A stretch of 64,000 bases of DNA, taken from the NCBI GenBank assembly GCA_041498975.1, contig JBGQJI010000001.1:1-64000 (forward strand), written 5' to 3'. A model generated the notes under the pieces. It had not been told where the DNA came from, ran no database searches, and was given only the letters and a program-made list of their open reading frames with translations. The translations under genes and the position numbers were made by a program. Source of the stretch: Candidatus Methylomirabilis sp. GTDB lineage: Bacteria; Methylomirabilota; Methylomirabilia; Methylomirabilales; Methylomirabilaceae. Shown in pieces: positions 9,626-18,505 of the stretch; within the stretch, counting starts at the first letter, position 1, and each line of letters opens with the position of its first letter.

Positions 9626-11008
9626 ATGGCCAGCAGCGAATCCGGCGTCCTATCAGCCGGCACCAATCCCCTGGGCCTGCCCCGGCGCCTCGGCGTGGGC
9701 ACCGCCACCAGCGTCGTCGTGGCGAACATGATCGGCACCGGGATCTTCACCACCACCGGCCTGATGCTGGCCCGGGTGGAGAGCGGCGGGCTTGTGCTCC
9801 TCTGCTGGCTGGTCGGCGGCTGCGTGGCCCTCTGCGGAGCGCTCTGCTACGCCGAACTGAGCGCGATGATGCCGCGAGCCGGCGGCGAATACGTCTATCT
9901 GCACGAGATCTACGGCCCGCTGCCTGCTTTCCTGACTGGCTGGACCAGCTTCTTTGCCGGCTTCTCGGCCCCGATTGCCGCCACGGGAGTAGCGTGCGCC
10001 GCTTACCTGTCGGCGGCAGGTCTGCTGCCTGACACTTGGCTGGCCGGGAGGGGCACCGCCATTGTCATCGTGGCCGTACTGACGGCGGTTCATTACCGTG
10101 GAGTGCGCCTGGGCGCCCGGGTGCAGGGCGTGCTGACGGGGCTGACTCTGTTGTTGCTTGGCGGGTTGATCCTGGCGGGGTTCACTGCTGGCCGCGGGAG
10201 CTGGGAGTTCCTGGGGGCTTCAAGCAACTTCTGGGCGCCGGGCCGCGCGAGCCAGCTCGGCATCGCCCTGCTCTGGGTGATGTACGCGTACAGCGGCTGG
10301 AACGCCTCCGCGTACATTGCGGAGGAGGTGCGGCGGCCCTCGCGCACGCTGCCGCGATCGCTGGTACTTGGCACCATGACCGTGATGGCCATCTACCTGC
10401 TGGCGAATCTCCTTTACTTCTTTGCGGCGCCGCCCGCCGCCCTGAGCGGAGTCGTCGCCGTGGGGGAGGTGGTTGCCCAGCGACTGTTTGGCGACCGGGC
10501 GGGGGCTTGGTTGTCGGCGCTCATCAGCCTGGCACTGCTCGCCTCCCTCAGCGCTTGCGTATTCATCGGGCCACGCGTCTATTTCGCCATGGCCCGCGAC
10601 GCCCTGTTCTTCCGTTTCGCCGCACGCGTCCATCCTCGATTCGAAACGCCGGGGCTTTCGATCGCCGCGCAGGGCTTGTGTGCCGTGCTGATGATCGTGA
10701 GCGGCACCTTCGAGCAGTTGCTCACCTACATCGGTTTCGCGCTCGGGGTGTTTCCCTGGATGGCCGTTGCGGGCGTCTTTCTGCTCCGGCGGCGGGAGCC
10801 AACGCGCGAACGTCCCTATCGCGTCTGGGGGTATCCTCTGGTCCCGGCGTTCTACCTGGTGGCAGTGGCCTGGATCTGGGGTGTGGCGCTGGTCAACCGC
10901 CCCGGCCCCTCTTTGATGGCGCTTGCAACGGTCGCGGCGGGAATTCCAGCCTACGCGCTCACCGCGCGCCGAAAGCCCGCTGAACGGATGGCGAAAGGCA
11001 GCCCGTGA
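9626..11008 (+). CDS. APC-family amino acid permease
   Basis: NMIGTGIF, YAELSAMMPRAGGEY, YAYSGWN, RPYRVWGYP; about 12 TM segments. Confidence 0.92.
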   Translation: MASSESGVLSAGTNPLGLPRRLGVGTATSVVVANMIGTGIFTTTGLMLARVESGGLVLLCWLVGGCVALCGALCYAELSAMMPRAGGEYVYLHEIYGPLPAFLTGWTSFFAGFSAPIAATGVACAAYLSAAGLLPDTWLAGRGTAIVIVAVLTAVHYRGVRLGARVQGVLTGLTLLLLGGLILAGFTAGRGSWEFLGASSNFWAPGRASQLGIALLWVMYAYSGWNASAYIAEEVRRPSRTLPRSLVLGTMTVMAIYLLANLLYFFAAPPAALSGVVAVGEVVAQRLFGDRAGAWLSALISLALLASLSACVFIGPRVYFAMARDALFFRFAARVHPRFETPGLSIAAQGLCAVLMIVSGTFEQLLTYIGFALGVFPWMAVAGVFLLRRREPTRERPYRVWGYPLVPAFYLVAVAWIWGVALVNRPGPSLMALATVAAGIPAYALTARRKPAERMAKGSP

Positions 11009-11224
11009 GAGCATACCGATCAACGCGAGGGTTTGCCGCAACTAATACAAACGACAATTTTAACGCTATGTGGGGCGGGTGGCCGAGGCGGGGCGCCCCA
11101 TCCGCCCGCAACGGAAGGGCCCCACTGGGGGATGGGTGGAGTGAGGACGGATGGGGCTGCCGAAGGACAGGACCCGCCATTGTAACAAGATAAATGACGT
11201 TTGCATTCGCTGGAACGGCACAAG

Positions 11225-12589
11225 ATGAGCGATTCTGATAACCCATCTCCCCATCGTAACAGCAGGTCAGGCTCGACGACGCCGGAGCTCATGGCGGAGG
11301 GCCCCACTGTGATCGGGAATGTCGTCTGTCCCCACTGTGCAGACCTCTGCGATGACCTTCGCCTTACTGTCCAAGAAGACCGAATCGCCGCAGTGGAAGT
11401 CGACTGCCCGGCCGGCCGGGACTTCTTCATGCGGCATCAGGTCGAGACCGAAATGCCCAGGATCAGAGGGACTGATGCAGCGTGGGACGCGGCAGTCGAG
11501 GAAGCGGTGAGAATCCTGGGGCGGGCCGTCTCCCCGCTCGTCGTAGGATTGAGCGCGACGGCCTGCGAGGCCCAGCGTGCTGCGGTGGAGCTGGCGGAGG
11601 TGATCGGCGCCTGCATCGATACCCCGTATGCCGCCTTTTACGGGCCACGGGCCCTGGCGCTTCAGCAGGTAGGGGAGCCGACCTGCACCTTAGGGGAAAT
11701 CAAGAACCGAGCCGATCTGGTCATTGTGTGGGGGGCAGACCCGATGGTGACGCATCCTCGCCACCTGTCGCGCTATGCGCTCGACCCGCCGGGCCTCTTT
11801 GTGCCAAATGGACGTCGGGGACGGACGCTCATCGTGGTGGACGTCTGCCGGACGAAGACAGCCGAGGCCGCCGACCTGTTTCTGCAGGCGACGCCGGATC
11901 ATGACTATGAAATCCTGGGGGCCCTCAGGGCTCGGCTGAAGAACCGGGTGCTCGATGTGAGCGTCATCGGCGGCCGGCCGCTGAAGGACTGGGAGGCTTT
12001 GCTGGAACGGATGAAGCGGTGCCGGTACGGGATCGTCTTTTTCGGGACCGGCCTCACCATGTCGCGTGGGGGAGTGGAGAGCGTGGCGCAGCTCCTGCAC
12101 CTCGGGAACGACTTGAACGCCTACACGCGATTCTCCGTCATGGCGATGCGGGGACCGCTCGGGTTCGGGAACGTCTGCGGGTCCTTCAAAGTCCTGTGCT
12201 GGCAGACCGGGTACCCCTTCGCCATCAGCTTCGCCAGGGGCTACCCCCGTTACAACCCCGGAGAGTTCACCGCATCCGAACTGCTTGCGCGACAGGAGGT
12301 GGATGCCGTCCTCGTGGTGGGCGCCGATCCACTCGAATATCTGACGCCTGCGACCGCCGCGATCCTGAAGCGTCTCCCGACGGTCGTCCTGGCGCCACGG
12401 CTTCACACCACAGCCAAGGCGGCGACCGTCTTCTTCCCCACGGCGACCTATGGGATCAGCGCGCCCGGAATCATGTTCCGGATGGACAGGATCCCGGTGC
12501 GGACGAAGCAGGTGCTGCAGTCCACCCTTCCCGCCGATGCGGAGGTTCTTGGGCGGCTCCTCTCCCGGCTCCGGGCGCTACGGCCTTAA
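11225..12589 (+). CDS. fwdB: Formylmethanofuran dehydrogenase subunit B-like protein (FwdB/FmdB/FhcB)
   Basis: CPHCADLCDD, TCTLGEIKNRADL, HPRHLSRY, WQTGYPFA, PRYNPGE, RMDxIP. Start may be 11291. Confidence 0.88.
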   Translation: MSDSDNPSPHRNSRSGSTTPELMAEGPTVIGNVVCPHCADLCDDLRLTVQEDRIAAVEVDCPAGRDFFMRHQVETEMPRIRGTDAAWDAAVEEAVRILGRAVSPLVVGLSATACEAQRAAVELAEVIGACIDTPYAAFYGPRALALQQVGEPTCTLGEIKNRADLVIVWGADPMVTHPRHLSRYALDPPGLFVPNGRRGRTLIVVDVCRTKTAEAADLFLQATPDHDYEILGALRARLKNRVLDVSVIGGRPLKDWEALLERMKRCRYGIVFFGTGLTMSRGGVESVAQLLHLGNDLNAYTRFSVMAMRGPLGFGNVCGSFKVLCWQTGYPFAISFARGYPRYNPGEFTASELLARQEVDAVLVVGADPLEYLTPATAAILKRLPTVVLAPRLHTTAKAATVFFPTATYGISAPGIMFRMDRIPVRTKQVLQSTLPADAEVLGRLLSRLRALRP

Positions 12590-12802
12590 CAGACATTGGC
12601 TCACAGGCGGCACAGGGACTCATGGTTGAAAGGTTGGTAGGACGCATCGAACACCTGCCATAGTGGGTAATACTTACAGCGCCAGACTAGGATGCCGTAG
12701 AGGGCGATCACGGGATGGTAGACCAGCTTGGCGCTTCTTGGGAACGGGGATGAGGAAAGGAGTATCCATCACTGCTCAGGCGCGAAACCTCAGGAGGAGA
12801 AT

Positions 12803-13114
12803 GTGATGTTCTACATGATCGAGTTCGACCCGAAGCCGGGAATAGGACCGAAGCAGATAACCGAAGCGTATCAGCGATTCGCCAGCCACTTTGGAAAGAC
12901 TCTCCCGCAATTCAAGCTGATCGGCCTCTTTGCCCGTGATCTTTACATAGGGCATCGGTCACACTACCTTGCGGTTTGGGAGTTCTCTTCCTATGCGGAT
13001 CTCGACGCATGGCGCCGGAGCTCGGCGACGGACGAGGAGGGGCGGAGGCTGGCTCGGCAACTAAGCGAACTGGCTGTGGGCTGGGACGCCAGGATTCTGA
13101 CGAAGCTCCTCTAG
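12803..13114 (+). CDS. Small hypothetical protein (possible dimeric alpha/beta-barrel fold)
   Basis: AGGAGGAG RBS; YLAVWEFSSYADLDAW pattern. Confidence 0.7.
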   Translation: MMFYMIEFDPKPGIGPKQITEAYQRFASHFGKTLPQFKLIGLFARDLYIGHRSHYLAVWEFSSYADLDAWRRSSATDEEGRRLARQLSELAVGWDARILTKLL

Positions 13115-13271
13115 GGCTCCCCAGACCTGTGGCGTGTACTGGCGGCAGGAGCAGTCCAGAAGCCGCTCAACAATCTGATCCGGTTCCATTCGGCGATGTC
13201 ACGCCGGCTCTGTCAGGTCTTCCCGGGCCAAGGGTGCCGTCCGTTCCTCCGTCGAGGCGGGTCCGGCGCCG

Positions 13272-13604
13272 TCACACCGGTATGACGGCCAGGGAGGCGT
13301 AGATCTTCCCGCAGTTGACCACAGCGGTCACGTACCAGTCAAACCCGATCTTCACCAGTTCCCAGGCCCCGGCGACCGTCAAGCTGCCGAACAAGGCGGG
13401 GCGCAGGGGGAGGGGCACGCCGGGGACCACCTCGTACAGGAGCAGGAAGCCGGTCAGCATGGCGAACGCCACCGCCAATGATGGCGCCAGGGACAGGAGC
13501 GTGGCATAGGCGAGAGAGGCTGCTCGCTACGGGCGCTCGTCTCGCCAGAATTTCCGCAAGAGATGGATGGCGATCTCCAGAAACCTCCGATAGAGTATTC
13601 CTAT
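13272..13604 (-). pseudogene. YihY/BrkB-family remnant with internal stop and large internal deletion
   Basis: KFWRDERP*RAASLAYATLLSLAP (YihY N-terminus) joined in frame to LLYEVVP...WELVKIGFDWY...IYASLA (C-terminus); TAG at 13527-13529. Confidence 0.75.
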
Positions 13605-14035
13605 CGCCCTCGCCTCAGGAAATGGTAGCGATATCCCCCCCTCATTCCTTTCTGACAGCCTCCCCGATTTCCTGGGCTTCCGAGTCCGACATCGCGAGAA
13701 GCTCTTCCTTAGGACGCGATCACATCCGAAACGAACCCTCCAAATCCTCTCAAGAATTGCTCCATCCAGCGAGCAAGAACGGCGGGTTCCCCGGTAAGCT
13801 CCTCACACGCTCAGGACACCGAGAGTGACTCTCGCTATCAAGACAAAGCAGAGTCGTTCCCTGCTAGCCGCGAATCAGCGGCGTCTCCCCCGAGTTCTGC
13901 ATGATTCAGGATCAGGTGTTTTTCTAAGGGGTCATAGAGCAATGAAACCTCCTGAACTCCAATCGCTAATTCTCGCAGATTGCACCCTTCAGTCCGCAGT
14001 AGCCTCAACTGAGGATTAGTAGTTCTAATCTATGG

Positions 14036-14050
14036 TGGCACAATAATTGC
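14036..14050 (+). promoter_or_regulatory. sigma54 (-24/-12) promoter
   Basis: TGGCAC-aataa-TTGC, perfect consensus, upstream of the hybrid kinase. Confidence 0.7.
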
Positions 14051-14208
14051 GTCCCGCCTTCCTCGGATGCCTGAAACTCTGCTGAGGGCGTGCCATTGGT
14101 AGATGTACCTAAAGGGATTGTCGGCATTGACACCGTCGCGAGAGTGTATGCGTGATTTCACGCCACTGCCCGGCTCTGTGGGATCCGGAGTCCCTCGCTT
14201 TCCAACTA

Positions 14209-14277
14209 CCCTATCCTGAGCATCCCAGTCATTTCCTTCGACTGGGTCAGGACGAACGGCTGCGATGTCGAAGGGCT
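14209..14277. repeat. Degenerate REP-like palindrome (CCTGAGC...GTCGAAGGG type)
   Basis: ccttcgac...gtcgaaggg and tcctga...tcagga; the same words occur at 32575-32720. Confidence 0.4.
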
Positions 14278-14462
14278 CACCATGGGTGGAAGCAGGCAAC
14301 TGGTGTTTCGATTGCCCTTGCGAAGCTCAGGTGTAGCCCTTGGGAGACCTGAGTGTGGTGGAAGAGGTAGACCAGAAATGAACGGCCTGAAGCGGGAGTT
14401 GATCCGCCCCGTTGTACGCGTGCTGGGCCGATGAAGGCGGGCGCAGGTTGGAGCGGCAGGCT

Positions 14463-17400
14463 ATGCGGAAGCTGAACACATTGGCGCGTTGGCCAGACCT
14501 TGTCGTGATGGGAGCCGGCGGGCTCTCCGCCGCGCTGGGACTCGTGGTCCTGGTCGGATGGCATACGCACAACCCGGCACTGCTGCAGGTGCTACCAGTA
14601 TTTGTGCCGATGAAATACAACACTGCTCTGGGATTCTTCCTGTCCGGCGTTGGGCTTTTCTCGATAGCTCTCGGTCGACCACGTGTGGCGCTGACCTGTG
14701 CCGCCTGGCCTCTTCTTCTTGGCTCCCTGACACTGATCGAGGACGTCTTCAGCATCAACATCGGTATCGACGAGCTTCTCATGGAGGACTATCTCAGGGT
14801 CGAAACATCTCATCCGGGTCGCTTGGCCCCGAACACGGCCCTATGTTTTGTGCTCATCGGGGTCGCAATGCTCCTCATGAGCAACTCGGCCAAGATCAGA
14901 TGGCGTCCCGTGGTGGTGGCAATGTTGGGCTCAACCATCGCTGCCCTCGGAGGGACAGCGTTCTTCGGATACCTTAGCGGACTGCCCGCCGCCTATGGCT
15001 GGGGGTACCTTACCCCCATGGCCGTCCAGACAGCCGGCGGATGTGTGATGCTCGGTCTCGGCATCCTGGCCTTTGCCTGGGGGGATGCCAGGGCCGAAGA
15101 CAGGGGACTGCCGCGATGGCTGGCCATCCCGGTCGCCATTGGCGTTGTCACGATCACGCTCCTCTTCTGGCAGGCGGTGCGGGCCCAAGAGCATGCTCAA
15201 ATCGGGCACGTCATTGCCGCAGAGACATCGAGCGTAAAGTACAAGATCATTGAACAGATGGACACGCGAGTCCAGGCGCTGGAGCGGATCGCAAAGCGGT
15301 GGGAGGCTCTGGGAACACCGGCCAAGGACAGATGGACCTCCGACGCGTGGGTCCTCCTCATAGACTACCCCGGTTTCCAGGCCGTTGCATGGGTGGATCC
15401 GTCCCTCCGCGTGCGCTGGATTGTCCCTCTGGCGGGGAACGAGGCCGCCCAGGGCCTGAGCCTCGCGTCTGAGGAGCGGCGCCGGACGGCGATGCTGCAG
15501 GCAAGGCATCTGCGGGCGGTGACGTTCACTCGCTCGATCGAGTTGGCGCAGGGGGGCAGAGGTTTTCTTGCGTTCGTTCCGATCTTCCGGGGCGAGACCT
15601 TCGGCGGGTTCATTCTTGGGGTGTTCCGCGCTCAGACCTTGCTCGGCGCGCTCCTGGGCGACGAGATCACACCCGGGTACTCGATCGCAGTGTACGATGG
15701 GGAGGAGGAAATCTACCGCCGCTCCGATGACGGCAGGCAGCATCAGATCGGATGGGGTCAGGAGACGAGGATTACCTTGCCTGGGGTCCTCTGGCGTGTG
15801 CGGGTCTGGCCGACGCCGAGACTGCTGGCCACAGCGCAATCATCCGCCCCCGAGGCGACGTTGGTCATCGGGCTTGTGATGGCCTCGCTGCTTGCCTTGA
15901 CGACCTTTCTCGCCCAGAGGGCGAGACTTCGCAGGAACGAAGTTGAGGCGGTCAACCGGGAACTACAGGAGCGAATCACCGAGCGCGCCCAGGCTGAGGA
16001 GGCGCTCCGGGAGAGTGAGGATCGCTACCGAGATTTGGTAGAGCACAGCCATGAGCTGATCTGTACCCATGATCTGGCGGGCCAGATCCTCTCTGTGAAC
16101 GCGGAGGCCGTACGATGCTTGGGCTATGATCGACGCACCCTGCTCAAGAAGAATATCCGCGACATTTTGGCGCCTGATGTTAGGGATGAGTTTGAGACAT
16201 ACATGCGGACAATTCGGAGGGATGGCACCGCCGGCGGGCTCATGCAGGTTCAAACCGCCGCAAAAGAACGGCGGATCTTGGAATATAACAATAGCCTTCG
16301 GACTGAAGGGGTCGCCACTCCGGTCGTCCGAGCAATTTCGCGCGACATCACCGAACGCAAGGAGGCGGAAAGAGCGCTTCGTGAAAGTGAAGCGCGCTAT
16401 CGCGACCTCGTGGAGAACGCGAATGACATCATCTACACGCATGACCTGGCCGGAAACCTCACCTCACTCAATCGCGCAGGTGAAGCGATCAGCGGCTACA
16501 CACAAGATGAAATCCTCAAGGTGAACATCGCCCAAGTTCTCCCGCCCGAGCACCTAGCGCGAGTGCGCGCACTCCTGGCCTCCCCGGACGGCGGGAAGAG
16601 CACGGCCCGGCTGGAATTGGAGATCCTCACGAAGGATGGGCGACAGGTCCCGCTGGAAATCATTGCGCGGTTCATCTGCCAGAACGGGCAAGCCGTAGGG
16701 GTGCAAGGGATCGCACGCGACATCACAGAGCGGAAGCGGGCGGAAGCGGCCCTCCAGGAGGGCAATCGGCACCTAGAGGAGGCCCTCGCGGTGCTCCAGA
16801 CGACGCAGCAGCAGATCATCCAGCAGGAACGGCTCCATGCCCTCGGCACCATGGCTAGTGGCATCGCCCACGACTTCAACAACGCCCTCAATACGGTTGT
16901 GGGCTTCAGCGACCTGTTGCTCGAGAGTCCTGGCGTCCTGGAGAACCGAGAGAAGGTGACGCGGTACTTGCGGATGATCAACACCGCGGCCCAGGATGCC
17001 GCGAGGGTGGTCCTTCGCCTGCGCGAGTTCTACCGGCAGCGGGACGCCACCGAACCGCTCGAGTTCGTCAACCTCAACGAGGTGGTTGAGGAGACGATCG
17101 CGCTCACGCAGCCCAAGTGGAAGGATCAGGCGCAGGCCGCCGGTCTCACCATTCATGTGGCGCGTGACCTGCAGGAGGTTCCGCTCGTCGAGGCGGTCCC
17201 CGCCGAGGTGCGGGAAGTGTTGACCAACTTGATCTTCAACGCGGTGGAGGCGATGCCTAGGGGTGGGACGATTACGCTGCGCACCCGGGTTGAAGCGGGC
17301 TGGGCTGTCCTCGAGGTCCGCGACAGCGGCACCGGCATGCCTGAATCGGTTCGCCAGCGATGCTTCGAGCCGTTCTTCACCACCAAGGGCGACAACGGCA

Positions 17401-17945
17401 CGGGGCTCGGCTTGGCCATGGTGTACGGCATCATTCAGCGGCACGGCGGGACAACGGAGATCGAGTCCTCGCCGGGTCAGGGGACCGCCATCCGCATTCG
17501 CCTGCCCAACCGCTCATCCCCATCGAGAGCAGGCCACGTGGAGGAGGTCAAGCGGGTGTCCAAGTCACTGCACGTGCTGATCGTGGACGACGAACCACGC
17601 GCCCAGGAGGTCCTAACAGAATACTTGAGCATTGACGGCCACACGAGCGAGGCCGCAACCCATGGACGAGAAGGCTTGGAAAAGTTCCGGGGGGGCCGCT
17701 TTGATCTGGTGATGACGGACAGGGCCATGCCGGAAATGAGCGGCGACCAACTGTGCGCCGCCATTAGACAAGTCAGTCCGACCACGCCCACTATTCTGGT
17801 CACAGGCTTCGGTGCCTTTATGAAAGCTGCTGGCGAACAGCCTGATGGGGTGGACCTCATCCTCGGCAAGCCCGTTTCTCAGGCATCGCTGCGTGCTGCC
17901 TTGGTAGAAGCGATGTCCCGGCCCCGACTGCGTGAGCTGGCCTGA
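14463..17945 (+). CDS. Membrane hybrid sensor histidine kinase (TMs-CHASE-2xPAS-HisKA-HATPase-REC)
   Basis: GIAHDFNN H-box, NLIFNA, DSGTGM, FFTTK, GTGLGL, two RDITERK PAS ends, VLIVDD receiver domain. Confidence 0.95.
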   Translation: MRKLNTLARWPDLVVMGAGGLSAALGLVVLVGWHTHNPALLQVLPVFVPMKYNTALGFFLSGVGLFSIALGRPRVALTCAAWPLLLGSLTLIEDVFSINIGIDELLMEDYLRVETSHPGRLAPNTALCFVLIGVAMLLMSNSAKIRWRPVVVAMLGSTIAALGGTAFFGYLSGLPAAYGWGYLTPMAVQTAGGCVMLGLGILAFAWGDARAEDRGLPRWLAIPVAIGVVTITLLFWQAVRAQEHAQIGHVIAAETSSVKYKIIEQMDTRVQALERIAKRWEALGTPAKDRWTSDAWVLLIDYPGFQAVAWVDPSLRVRWIVPLAGNEAAQGLSLASEERRRTAMLQARHLRAVTFTRSIELAQGGRGFLAFVPIFRGETFGGFILGVFRAQTLLGALLGDEITPGYSIAVYDGEEEIYRRSDDGRQHQIGWGQETRITLPGVLWRVRVWPTPRLLATAQSSAPEATLVIGLVMASLLALTTFLAQRARLRRNEVEAVNRELQERITERAQAEEALRESEDRYRDLVEHSHELICTHDLAGQILSVNAEAVRCLGYDRRTLLKKNIRDILAPDVRDEFETYMRTIRRDGTAGGLMQVQTAAKERRILEYNNSLRTEGVATPVVRAISRDITERKEAERALRESEARYRDLVENANDIIYTHDLAGNLTSLNRAGEAISGYTQDEILKVNIAQVLPPEHLARVRALLASPDGGKSTARLELEILTKDGRQVPLEIIARFICQNGQAVGVQGIARDITERKRAEAALQEGNRHLEEALAVLQTTQQQIIQQERLHALGTMASGIAHDFNNALNTVVGFSDLLLESPGVLENREKVTRYLRMINTAAQDAARVVLRLREFYRQRDATEPLEFVNLNEVVEETIALTQPKWKDQAQAAGLTIHVARDLQEVPLVEAVPAEVREVLTNLIFNAVEAMPRGGTITLRTRVEAGWAVLEVRDSGTGMPESVRQRCFEPFFTTKGDNGTGLGLAMVYGIIQRHGGTTEIESSPGQGTAIRIRLPNRSSPSRAGHVEEVKRVSKSLHVLIVDDEPRAQEVLTEYLSIDGHTSEAATHGREGLEKFRGGRFDLVMTDRAMPEMSGDQLCAAIRQVSPTTPTILVTGFGAFMKAAGEQPDGVDLILGKPVSQASLRAALVEAMSRPRLRELA

Positions 17946-18136
17946 TGCGTTCGTAGTGGACGAGGCAGCCGGGGGTCTCTGTAAGGAGCTCAAGGGTGCG
18001 ATGCATCTCGAGGGTCGGATCTTCGTCCGGCCCTCGGCCCACCATCGGAGAACCTGGAGCCATTGGGGTGCTAGAGGTCATGTGGTCACATAGGCTCTTG
18101 CTCTCTTCCTCGTCGCCCCCAGCAACAAGCGGAAAG

Positions 18137-18170
18137 AAAAATCCCCTGGCGCCAACAGGACGCCAGGGGA
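18137..18170 (-). terminator. Intrinsic terminator
   Basis: 10-bp stem tcccctggcg/cgccagggga with a U-tract on the minus strand. Confidence 0.75.
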
Positions 18171-18219
18171 GCTAAAGGCGGTGCTCAGCTCAGGACCCGC
18201 GCCGCGGGCCATGTCACTT

Positions 18220-18306
18220 TCAGCTTGATCCTCGCTTGCGGGAGATTAAGCAGGCCACGGCCAGGACAAGAGCTATTCCCCCAAGCCACGGAAGCAGGTT
18301 TTCCAT
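18220..18306 (-). CDS. 28-aa single-TM micropeptide (possibly 30 aa with Sec; not in ORF track)
   Basis: AGGAG 6 nt before ATG18306; MENLLPWLGGIALVLAVACLISRKRGSS-TGA-AAG-TGA; terminator downstream. Confidence 0.55.
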   Translation of the reverse strand: MENLLPWLGGIALVLAVACLISRKRGSS

Positions 18307-18505
18307 CTCGATCTCCTATTGCCCCTTCAACAGCTTCACCATGCAGACAGTGGGCATTGTATGCCGGGCCAAGAAACGAGCATAGCAAGGCGCGGCCCTG
18401 AGGGCCGCACCCACTTCGCGGGTACCCGGCGTACATCCTCAGGTACGTCGCAGGGAGTGCCCTGAGGGCCAGCAACGCCGCTAGGCGATGTTGATTGGAC
18501 CGGCA

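Noticed and set aside
18185..18475. 96-aa ORF from the track
   Set aside because: No RBS or motif; the alternative frame 18220-18306 has a strong RBS and a TM helix.
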